This document shows positions 8,843 through 15,829 of a DNA stretch of 20,000 nucleotides, one piece after another. Origin of the DNA: an uncultured virus (IMG/VR IMGVR_UViG_3300025133_000091) (lineage: Duplodnaviria > Heunggongvirae > Uroviricota > Caudoviricetes > Crassvirales); IMG/VR virus record IMGVR_UViG_3300025133_000091; one strand, 5' to 3'. The notes under the pieces were generated by a model. That model saw only the letters and a list, made by a program, of their open reading frames with translations, ran no database searches and was not told the origin of the DNA. Position numbers and translations under genes: made by a program. Every line of letters begins with the position of its first letter. Within the stretch, counting starts at the first letter, position 1.

Positions 8843-8877
8843 AATGAAAATAATAACTAACTAAATTAAATTAAATT

Positions 8878-9123
8878 ATGTCAAAAGTAATGAAAGTTGA
8901 AGAACTTAAAACTAAAAGATTCGTAATCAGAAAAAGTCTGATCGGAAAGAATACTGTAATAACATTCGTAAACAAAAAGAATGAGACAGTAAAGTATAGT
9001 CATGACGAAGTATACAATACACACAAAGAACGATTTGAAAGTATGAACTGTTTCGCTAAGTACAAAAACTATACTAACACTAATGCGATGCCAGCATTCT
9101 GCAGAGACTTACAAATTAAGTAA
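8878..9123 (+). CDS. Small basic early protein, paralogue A
   Basis: 81 aa; aligns end to end with 9647..9901. Confidence 0.85.
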   Translation: MSKVMKVEELKTKRFVIRKSLIGKNTVITFVNKKNETVKYSHDEVYNTHKERFESMNCFAKYKNYTNTNAMPAFCRDLQIK

Positions 9124-9139
9124 GTTCTCTCTGTGAAAC

Positions 9140-9187
9140 TGTGACACTAGCCTCTTACTAGATCCTTATTAAGTGGCTTATGTCACA
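9140..9187. promoter_or_regulatory. Inverted operator-like site
   Basis: TGTGACACTAGCC...GGCTTATGTCACA. Confidence 0.6.
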
Positions 9188-9264
9188 CTTTTCACTACAC
9201 CTAAGATCGATCTAAAGATCGTGGTGTATAGCAGCATGTATAGCACTCGCCGCTCGCCACTTGT

Positions 9265-9298
9265 CACAAACTGATCACGATCACTAATAGATAATATA
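9265..9298 (+). promoter_or_regulatory. Class I promoter candidate, copy 3
   Basis: CACAA-actgatc-ACG-atcactaata-GATAATATA. Confidence 0.75.
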
Positions 9299-9300
9299 TA

Positions 9301-9381
9301 TGTAACGATAAAGACTGGACGTAGTAACGCCGCTGCACCGACTAACTTGAAAGAAAGTTGACTCGTCCACCTTTAGTTACA
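9301..9381 (+). ncRNA. Candidate small structured RNA
   Basis: Nested stems TGTAAC/GTTACA, TAAAG/CTTTA, TGGACG/CGTCCA plus two inner hairpins; starts immediately after promoter copy 3. Confidence 0.55.
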
Positions 9382-9406
9382 AATGTAAATAGTAAATAAC
9401 GCTCGT

Positions 9407-9440
9407 CACAATGTCAATACGAACACTATTAGATAATATA
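9407..9440 (+). promoter_or_regulatory. Class I promoter candidate, copy 4
   Basis: CACAA-tgtcaat-ACG-aacactatta-GATAATATA. Confidence 0.75.
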
Positions 9441-9471
9441 GTTGTAAAAACAAACAAACTGACAAGTATAA

Positions 9472-9506
9472 TAAGTTACAAATGTGAACTAAGTTACAAA
9501 TGTGAA
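9472..9506 (+). repeat. Tandem 17-nt direct repeat TAAGTTACAAATGTGAA x2
   Basis: Exact copies at 9472-9488 and 9490-9506. Confidence 0.9.
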
Positions 9507-9575
9507 TTGTACACTTGGAGAGTCAGAGTAGTACCTCGTAAGTAAATATATCACTTAAATGAAATATATACCTTA

Positions 9576-9609
9576 CACAATGTAAATACGATAAGTAAAA
9601 GATAATATA
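9576..9609 (+). promoter_or_regulatory. Class I promoter candidate, copy 5
   Basis: CACAA-tgtaaat-ACG-ataagtaaaa-GATAATATA, upstream of the 9647 ORF. Confidence 0.75.
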
Positions 9610-9646
9610 TATACAAACTAATTAATAAACTAAAAATAGTAAAGTT

Positions 9647-9901
9647 ATGAGCAAAATCGCTAAAAAAACTGAGAATCAGGTTTTAAAAAGTAAAAGATTC
9701 GTAGTACGTAAGTCGTTGGTAGGTAAAGGTCAAGTGATCGAATTTACTAACAAAAAAGGAGTGACTGTAAAGTATAACCACGATGTAGTGTTCACTATCA
9801 TGAAAGATGGTTTGGAGAAACTTGCTTGTTGGGCAAAGTACAGTTCTTACACTGCAACTAACAACATACCTACAATACTAAGAGGTAAAGAGTTAGTTTA
9901 G
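9647..9901 (+). CDS. Small basic early protein, paralogue B
   Basis: 84 aa; LKSKRFVVRKSLVGK...FTNKK...TVKY.HD shared with 8878..9123. Confidence 0.85.
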   Translation: MSKIAKKTENQVLKSKRFVVRKSLVGKGQVIEFTNKKGVTVKYNHDVVFTIMKDGLEKLACWAKYSSYTATNNIPTILRGKELV

Positions 9902-9910
9902 TAGTTAGTT

Positions 9911-9983
9911 AGGTCGGTAGATCGGTGGTCGCTGGACAAACAAAGTATACCAGTAGTAAACGTACCATCACTACCTTCCTTTT
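9911..9983 (+). terminator. Long imperfect hairpin with short T tract (terminator or processing site)
   Basis: AGG/CCT, GGTAG/CTACC, GGTGGT/ACCATC, GCTGG/CCAGT followed by TTT. Confidence 0.4.
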
Positions 9984-10085
9984 ATAAAAATACAATATAA
10001 TATGGCAAAGAAATTAGAAAATAGAGTGGCAGAGATAGTGATGATAACACTAACAATAATAGTAATAATATTAGCAAATTAAGAT

Positions 10086-10331
10086 ATGAATAGAGAAGAA
10101 TTAAAAAGATTATTTCTAACGTTTCCAACGTTGGATATACCAGAGAAAAAACAAATAATAGTAGAGATAGATAAGAATCCTCACTGGCCAGGTTATGGTA
10201 CCATAGAAATATTAAGAGATGGACCAAATGGATATTCTTCATTTAAAACTCACCAAGAGCTTCCAATGAAGTATGTGTTCAATTGTAACGAGTATAGGTC
10301 AGGTGAGTATGAACTAATAGTAAAAGAATAA
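10086..10331 (+). CDS. Hypothetical early protein
   Basis: 81 aa ORF in a tightly packed operon. Confidence 0.7.
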   Translation: MNREELKRLFLTFPTLDIPEKKQIIVEIDKNPHWPGYGTIEILRDGPNGYSSFKTHQELPMKYVFNCNEYRSGEYELIVKE

Positions 10332-10332
10332 T

Positions 10333-10566
10333 ATGAAATATCCAAGAATAGTAGGGTGGTCAGTAGTGATCGGTATGTGGAGTATAATGGGTTGTGCTAT
10401 GACAGAAATGAAGAATTCTGCTATACACGAAACAAGTAATACCGCGGAAGATATGATCGAGTGGATCGAGCACGATGTAGAGTCAGGTAAACTAGATAGT
10501 ACGATCGCGGACACTTATATAGAGAACTTAGAAGGAATAATAATAGATTTAGGATGTACGAGATGA
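10333..10566 (+). CDS. Putative lipoprotein/membrane-anchored protein
   Basis: Basic N-terminus, hydrophobic stretch, IMGC lipobox-like motif. Confidence 0.55.
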   Translation: MKYPRIVGWSVVIGMWSIMGCAMTEMKNSAIHETSNTAEDMIEWIEHDVESGKLDSTIADTYIENLEGIIIDLGCTR

Positions 10567-10775
10567 GTTGGAAAGGAGAAGATAAGTATCACTGGAATGA
10601 AGAGACTATAGAGACTCTTAGAAAACAAATGGATTGTAAAGCAGGTATAACCATTGATTTAGTGGAAGATGTAAACGAGTGGATAAAAGATAATATATCT
10701 AGTGAGTATGAAGAAGACTATATAGATATGGGAATACACTTAACAAAAATATTAATTGGAGATATAAAATTATGA
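10554..10775 (+). CDS. Hypothetical acidic protein
   Basis: ORF track; the true start may be the ATG at 10563 (ATGA overlap). Confidence 0.7.
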   Translation: MYEMSWKGEDKYHWNEETIETLRKQMDCKAGITIDLVEDVNEWIKDNISSEYEEDYIDMGIHLTKILIGDIKL

Positions 10776-11014
10776 GAGATTATAGTATAACAAGAAGAAA
10801 AGGTGAGTGGTATGACGCTAAAGTAACTGATAGTTTCGGTGTTGAGCATCAAAACTACTTTGAACACGCTCACGAAGCAAATGACTGGATAATGTACATA
10901 TGGGAAAAGGAATTACCACCATTAACTGATGCAGAACGCGAAGAATTACTCGCAAGTGCTATACACGATTGCAAGCAGATGGATAAGCGATCAGGCAGAA
11001 GAGCAATACTATGA
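10772..11014 (+). CDS. Hypothetical protein
   Basis: 80 aa, ATGA coupling. Confidence 0.7.
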   Translation: MRDYSITRRKGEWYDAKVTDSFGVEHQNYFEHAHEANDWIMYIWEKELPPLTDAEREELLASAIHDCKQMDKRSGRRAIL

Positions 11015-11107
11015 TAGTATTACTAATAACAATAATAGGTACGTTTCTACTAGGTAGATACGCTATTAAAAAAGGACAAGAAATAGAAGAAAATAAAAAG
11101 AAATAAT

Positions 11108-11275
11108 ATGAAAGAAGCAGTAATTATAGTAGGAACTTTACTTATCACTTCATGCGGAACATTTAGTAAGGTAACCGAACGAGAAAAAGAATTAAACTAT
11201 CAAATAGATAAAGCTTATTTCGAGTATACCACAGTGAGAGACTCTTTAATACTTAAGTACAATTACAATAAGTAA
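11108..11275 (+). CDS. Putative small lipoprotein (55 aa, not in ORF track)
   Basis: MKEAVIIVGTLLITSC-GTFSK: short signal peptide with an LITSC lipobox-like motif. Confidence 0.65.
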   Translation: MKEAVIIVGTLLITSCGTFSKVTEREKELNYQIDKAYFEYTTVRDSLILKYNYNK

Positions 11276-11330
11276 TGGTAGGTTGGGTGATAGTAACTGC
11301 CATAGTGATGTGGTTAATAAGAAAATTAAG

Positions 11331-11438
11331 ATGAAAGAAATAGATCAAATGCTCGACCAATGGATACATAATAGTATTATAAGAGCGAAATTAAGAGAAT
11401 TAATCGTTCACAAACTAAATACGACAACTAAAAGATAA
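11331..11438 (+). CDS. Micro-ORF (35 aa)
   Basis: MKEIDQMLDQWIHNSIIRAKLRELIVHKLNTTTKR; its 3' end overlaps promoter copy 6. Confidence 0.45.
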   Translation: MKEIDQMLDQWIHNSIIRAKLRELIVHKLNTTTKR

Positions 11439-11442
11439 TATA
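11409..11442 (+). promoter_or_regulatory. Class I promoter candidate, copy 6
   Basis: CACAA-actaaat-ACG-acaactaaaa-GATAATATA. Confidence 0.75.
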
Positions 11443-11463
11443 AATACATTAAAACAATAAACT

Positions 11464-11649
11464 ATGCAAAAAATTAAACACCTTAAAAAAGATTATGTAC
11501 AACTAGGTAATCTAATCTACAGACCGTACACTGTTTGTGCTATACCTGCCAACTTCGGTTGTATCGAGTTCAACGAGAAAGAAGGTATTAGCGAATGGTT
11601 TAACTACAAAGGATATACTTATATCTTTGATTCAATAGCTAAGTCATGA
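11464..11649 (+). CDS. Hypothetical protein
   Basis: 61 aa directly after promoter copy 6. Confidence 0.7.
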   Translation: MQKIKHLKKDYVQLGNLIYRPYTVCAIPANFGCIEFNEKEGISEWFNYKGYTYIFDSIAKS

Positions 11650-11798
11650 GTAAGTACGTAGACAGAATAATGGAAGAAGTTAATTTCAATTTTGATAGAC
11701 ACTTCCATGATAAAGAAGATAAAGTAGAATTCCTAGAGGAATTAATTGAAGAATTAAAAAATAGATTAGAACACGAAAAAGAAGAATATGAAATTTAA
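11646..11798 (+). CDS. Acidic micro-protein (50 aa, not in track)
   Basis: ATGA-coupled; MSKYVDRIMEEVNF...EKEEYEI fills the gap. Confidence 0.6.
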   Translation: MSKYVDRIMEEVNFNFDRHFHDKEDKVEFLEELIEELKNRLEHEKEEYEI

Positions 11799-12000
11799 TA
11801 TACAAGATAGGATAGTGCTAGACGAGATGGTAGACACTTTCACAGCGGAGATGCATAAGAATCAAGACGATGCAGAGTTAATGGACAAGAGACCAATCAT
11901 TACTAGAGAGTATTGGTTACAAATGATAGAGCAAGTTCAAAATAAATTAGATGACTTTACCACTAAAAAAGCGTTAAGTCATAGTAAAAGATATAGATAA
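11788..12000 (+). CDS. Hypothetical protein
   Basis: 70 aa ORF in the operon. Confidence 0.7.
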   Translation: MKFNIQDRIVLDEMVDTFTAEMHKNQDDAELMDKRPIITREYWLQMIEQVQNKLDDFTTKKALSHSKRYR

Positions 12001-12001
12001 T

Positions 12002-12298
12002 ATGAGTAAATACGGAGAATTATTAAGAAAACCACCAGTGTTAGAGGTATACGGTAAACCTAGAGAGATAAAGATCGATCTAGTAAGTGCAATGTGTGAC
12101 AACAGGTATAGGTGGACAATTAAAGAAAATAAGGATGGTGATTATAAGATAAGCACGAGTCCATTCGCTTACAGTAACTTCCAAATAAGGCACGGTAAAG
12201 ATGATATCGAGTGGATTGCTGATGAAGGCAATTGGGAAGAGGTTTTTGATATGATAAATACAGGAACTAGTAAAATAGAATCAATAAAATATAGATAA
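12002..12298 (+). CDS. Hypothetical protein
   Basis: 98 aa ORF in the operon. Confidence 0.75.
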   Translation: MSKYGELLRKPPVLEVYGKPREIKIDLVSAMCDNRYRWTIKENKDGDYKISTSPFAYSNFQIRHGKDDIEWIADEGNWEEVFDMINTGTSKIESIKYR

Positions 12299-12299
12299 T

Positions 12300-12896
12300 A
12301 TGAATAGAAAAAAATACATGGGCGACCCAAGGTACGCTAAAGTACTAGAAAAGATGGATTTATTAGGAATAATGGATATTACTACAACTAGACAAGACAA
12401 AAACGGCACGATAGTGTGGAAATTACCGATCAAGAACAGTTGGAATAATGGTAAACTGATCGAAGTAGCTAGTTTTAAAACTGGTTATGTAAGAAATCAA
12501 AACAGTGGATATAGTAATTATCAACTAAACAAGAGATGTGAGAGCGATCCACAGTACTACCCAGTATATGAGTGGTGTGATGAAAGAAATATGAGTGTTA
12601 AAACAGACAAGTTTAGACAATATACCACTAGATCTTGCGAGTTAATACCTATCGAGATCGAGAGACTAGAGTATTTAATAAGCTATTGTCTCAAAAACTA
12701 TTTCATAAAACGAGCTAATGAAGTGGCTGATGGTAAACTTATACCTAAATGGACACACGAGTGGAAATTAGAACAAGCAAAAGATAAATATAAGAAATTA
12801 GATGAGTTTAATGATGCGCTTATTGATTATAACAAAGCGATGAATACTCACGAGGTATCAGTAACAGTAAATGGACAAAAATATAAAGTAATATAA
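12300..12896 (+). CDS. Hypothetical protein
   Basis: 198 aa ORF in the operon. Confidence 0.8.
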   Translation: MNRKKYMGDPRYAKVLEKMDLLGIMDITTTRQDKNGTIVWKLPIKNSWNNGKLIEVASFKTGYVRNQNSGYSNYQLNKRCESDPQYYPVYEWCDERNMSVKTDKFRQYTTRSCELIPIEIERLEYLISYCLKNYFIKRANEVADGKLIPKWTHEWKLEQAKDKYKKLDEFNDALIDYNKAMNTHEVSVTVNGQKYKVI

Positions 12897-12897
12897 T

Positions 12898-13044
12898 ATG
12901 AAGAAATTTTTAAAAGACAAGTCAGGTCCCATAATGATGGGAATAGGGGCTATGCTATTAGTAGGTGATCTAATGGGTGTAGAAGGTATAATAACGTTCG
13001 CTGTTGGAATAATTTTAATAGTAGAAGGTGTAGATAGATTATAA
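12898..13044 (+). CDS. Small two-TM membrane protein (48 aa, not in track)
   Basis: MKKFLKDKSGPIMMGIGAMLLVG...IITFAVGIILIVEG. Confidence 0.6.
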   Translation: MKKFLKDKSGPIMMGIGAMLLVGDLMGVEGIITFAVGIILIVEGVDRL

Positions 13045-13088
13045 CATGGGAAAACAAGATAAAAAACTATTAAAAAATATAGAGAAAT

Positions 13089-13226
13089 ATGAAAAAGAGA
13101 AAGTTAAACAGCAAGAATCCAAAGTACTGGGACAAAAGCCAGTTAAACAAACAAGTGGAAAAGAAAAGAGTACACGCGTGCACAACTCCTAATGGATGTA
13201 AAGTATACGCTGTATGGTACAAATAG
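13089..13226 (+). CDS. Basic micro-protein (45 aa, not in track)
   Basis: MKKRKLNSKNPKYWDK...KVYAVWYK. Confidence 0.55.
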   Translation: MKKRKLNSKNPKYWDKSQLNKQVEKKRVHACTTPNGCKVYAVWYK

Positions 13227-13398
13227 TGCTATACACACATAAGTAACGTGAGAAACTGGTTAGAAGTCCACACGTGAAAATCTCCTAAAGCGATAATGTA
13301 GAGGAACTTAAAGGTTACTACGTAGTCAATATGGAGAATCTCTTACTGGTATTATGATGATACCTTTACACACAGCAATCATAGTGGTAAGAGATGGA

Positions 13399-13505
13399 TA
13401 ACTAGGTATGGTACGCAGTGCGCTTGAATCAGTAAACGTTTTTACGAGCTGATTAGCGAGGTCGTTACTGCTGACGAGTATGAGGTTCGATTCCTCACTA
13501 GTTAC
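13399..13505 (+). ncRNA. tRNA-like RNA 1 (acceptor plus T arm, non-canonical body)
   Basis: TAACTAG/CTAGTTA 7-bp stem; TGAGG-TTCGATT-CCTCA T arm. Confidence 0.65.
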
Positions 13506-13597
13506 AAATAATATACGAGGTGAGTACAAGTGGCCGACTGAGTTGGAAAAAGATTAAGTACAACAAATCAGGTACTACGAAAACTTCGTTTTATATA

Positions 13598-13798
13598 GCC
13601 CAAGTACAAGGTGAACAGTAAATCTATGGTAATGTGGGAACAACAACCGAAACTCGGTGGCTCTTATACTAAGAGACCGGCTGACCGAAACTCGGTAGAT
13701 TGTTAACAAAAATAGAGCCTTGTCACTGTGCCTGAAGAGTCTGAAGATGGACAGGTGTAGTACTAGGAGAATAGGTGGTTCGAATCCACCCTTGGGCA
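13598..13798 (+). ncRNA. tRNA-like RNA 2 (about 200 nt, acceptor plus T arm, large structured insert)
   Basis: GCCCAAG/CTTGGGC 7-bp stem plus A; GGTGG-TTCGAAT-CCACC T arm. Confidence 0.7.
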
Positions 13799-13801
13799 CA
13801 A

Positions 13802-13835
13802 CACAAACTAAATACGAATAAGTTTGGATAATATG
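13802..13835 (+). promoter_or_regulatory. Class I promoter candidate, copy 7
   Basis: CACAA-actaaat-ACG-aataagtttg-GATAATATG. Confidence 0.75.
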
Positions 13836-13860
13836 AATATAAATAATTAAATTAAATAGT

Positions 13861-14031
13861 ATGGTAGAAATTACACAAGAACAATTTGAAGCATATGAAG
13901 ATGTGCGAGAGTCTGGAGTTACTAATATGTTTGACGTTAGAACAGTTGGTCAACTATCCGGATTAGAAAAAGAAGAAATAATGACTATAATGAAAGGTTA
14001 TAGCGAATTAAAAGAAAAATACGATGAATAA
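13861..14031 (+). CDS. DUF5049-like small phage protein (56 aa, not in track)
   Basis: VRESGVTNMFDV motif. Confidence 0.65.
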   Translation: MVEITQEQFEAYEDVRESGVTNMFDVRTVGQLSGLEKEEIMTIMKGYSELKEKYDE

Positions 14032-14392
14032 GGAAGAACTAGAAAAAGAAGTCTTAACGCTAGAAAAGCAAATAGAGGCAAGTGAAACAGTGAGCAAGGC
14101 TTACCAAGCAGAGTTGGCGGCAGCTCAAAGAAAGTTAAAAGACATCAATAAACCAGAGTTAACTCCACTACAGTTTGACTTAATAAATGAGGCTATTGAG
14201 AGAGGTGTTGATGACTTTGATTTCAGTGATACAGCTAACTTTGATATTGAGTTCGGCATCGAATATGATAACAAGGTATATTGTGAAAGCCATGACCTTA
14301 ACGAGACTCGTGAGTTAATCGATAAGATAGCTGAAGAAGTTTACAAGTTATTCACTGAAGCTGAGTGTCCTGAAGAAGAAATATCAGAATAA
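14024..14392 (+). CDS. Acidic hypothetical protein with N-terminal coiled coil
   Basis: 122 aa ORF, D/E-rich. Confidence 0.75.
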   Translation: MNKEELEKEVLTLEKQIEASETVSKAYQAELAAAQRKLKDINKPELTPLQFDLINEAIERGVDDFDFSDTANFDIEFGIEYDNKVYCESHDLNETRELIDKIAEEVYKLFTEAECPEEEISE

Positions 14393-14393
14393 T

Positions 14394-14633
14394 ATGAAAT
14401 TAATAGACAAAGTAAAACCAGAAGTGTTAGATGCTTTAGCAGAGTCTAAAATAGAGTTTAGCTCTAGCTATAGACGTATAATCTTATCACTCAAAAGTGT
14501 AGATAGATACAAGCAACTAACAATAGATGAGATACAAACACTAATATGTTTTTTACCAGATGAGTTTAGGCCACAATGTGATATAGACTGGTATTATGGT
14601 GATAAAATATTACAAGAAAAATATAAATTATGA
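14394..14633 (+). CDS. Hypothetical protein
   Basis: 79 aa ORF in the operon. Confidence 0.7.
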   Translation: MKLIDKVKPEVLDALAESKIEFSSSYRRIILSLKSVDRYKQLTIDEIQTLICFLPDEFRPQCDIDWYYGDKILQEKYKL

Positions 14634-14884
14634 CGGGAAAACAAGTGGAAAAATATATTATGAGAGATCTTGGGTTTATACCAAAGCACGATTGCGAAGC
14701 GTTAGCTTCTGCTATACACATCATAGCTGAAGAATTAGATTACGATGAGTGCGAATTAATGTATCTATTACTAGAAAATAGACCAATAGATGCACTACAT
14801 ACCCATAGTTATGGTTTTCACACAGCGAATGGAAGAGAAATTATTAACAGATTAAAAGAAAAATATTATGAGTATGAAAACTAA
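14630..14884 (+). CDS. Hypothetical protein
   Basis: 84 aa, ATGA coupling. Confidence 0.7.
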   Translation: MTGKQVEKYIMRDLGFIPKHDCEALASAIHIIAEELDYDECELMYLLLENRPIDALHTHSYGFHTANGREIINRLKEKYYEYEN

Positions 14885-15122
14885 ACAAGAATTACCTAAA
14901 TGGTTCAATGGAGAACTATATGAAGAAGGAGCTACTGTACAGAACAGGTTTTCTGGAGAAGAATATGACTTAAACAACGTTGAGTTAAGTATGTATGATT
15001 TCGTTATAGGTGCAAATATCTGTATGGAAATGGGTATGCCTTGTAATGTAAATGAATTGAGAAAAGGTCTTAGTTGGTTTAGGAAGAATAATGCGGAGGC
15101 TTATATGATATTACTAGATTAA
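14868..15122 (+). CDS. Hypothetical phage protein
   Basis: 84 aa; VQNRFSGE...ELSMYD...WFRKNNAEAYMILLD. Confidence 0.75.
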   Translation: MSMKTKQELPKWFNGELYEEGATVQNRFSGEEYDLNNVELSMYDFVIGANICMEMGMPCNVNELRKGLSWFRKNNAEAYMILLD

Positions 15123-15211
15123 TGATAGCAAACATACTAATATATGCATTTGTATTTTATACATTAGTGGTAATAATATATCACAATGCAGCTGATAAAA
15201 AGAATAAATAA
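15122..15211 (+). CDS. Single-TM micro-protein (29 aa)
   Basis: TAATG-coupled at both ends; MIANILIYAFVFYTLVVIIYHN. Confidence 0.5.
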   Translation: MIANILIYAFVFYTLVVIIYHNAADKKNK

Positions 15212-15819
15212 TGAATTTACTAACACAAAATAGCAAGTTAAAGAAAACATCTAAAGCATTAGGTGTAAGAGTATTTAACTTCGGTATACCAGCGTATAAA
15301 TCAGCATCAGGTAAACTAACATGTCCGTTTGCGGATGAGTGTGTGAAATTCTGTTATGCTAAAAAAGGCGCTTATATATGGAGTAACGTACAACCAGCAT
15401 TTGAAAAGCGATACCAAATAACTAAGCAAGATGATTTTGTAGCACAGATGACAACTGAGATCGCTAAGAAGAAACCTGATTACATTAGAGTCCACGACAG
15501 TGGTGATTACTACTCAAAAGAATACTTAAGACGATGGTTGGAGATTGCTGCTATACACCCGGACATTAAGTTCTATAGCTACACTAACTGTGTAGAAATG
15601 TTTAAAAGCGTAGAGTTACCTGATAACTATGATATAATATACTCAGATAGTGGTAAGCAAAAAGCAATGATCGATCAAACGGTTGATAGGCATACTAGGA
15701 TATTTCACAGTCACACAGAATTGATCTCATATGGATACATAGACGCATCTAAGATCGATCTACACGCAACGAAATGGTTTAATAAAGATAATAATAACAT
15801 AGGATTAATAGCACATTAG
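15211..15819 (+). CDS. Gp88-like protein (radical-SAM-like Cys motif)
   Basis: NSKLKK, TCPFADECVKFCYA, IRVHDSGD, FYSYT. Confidence 0.75.
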   Translation: MNLLTQNSKLKKTSKALGVRVFNFGIPAYKSASGKLTCPFADECVKFCYAKKGAYIWSNVQPAFEKRYQITKQDDFVAQMTTEIAKKKPDYIRVHDSGDYYSKEYLRRWLEIAAIHPDIKFYSYTNCVEMFKSVELPDNYDIIYSDSGKQKAMIDQTVDRHTRIFHSHTELISYGYIDASKIDLHATKWFNKDNNNIGLIAH

Positions 15820-15829
15820 AATAAATAGA

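Noticed and set aside
8741..9609. CRISPR array from the recurring GATAATATA motif
   Set aside because: Repeats are gapped motifs at irregular spacing with genes in between; no cas genes.
13399..13798. Canonical tRNA genes or tmRNA
   Set aside because: No D arm or properly placed anticodon stem-loop found, no G3:U70 pair, and no evident tag ORF. The CTGAAGA heptamers at 13732 and 13741 lack an anticodon stem.
13326..13799. Minus-strand ORFs 13326..13529 and 13575..13799
   Set aside because: Opposite to the operon direction; MPKGGFEPP is the typical antisense translation of a tRNA T arm.
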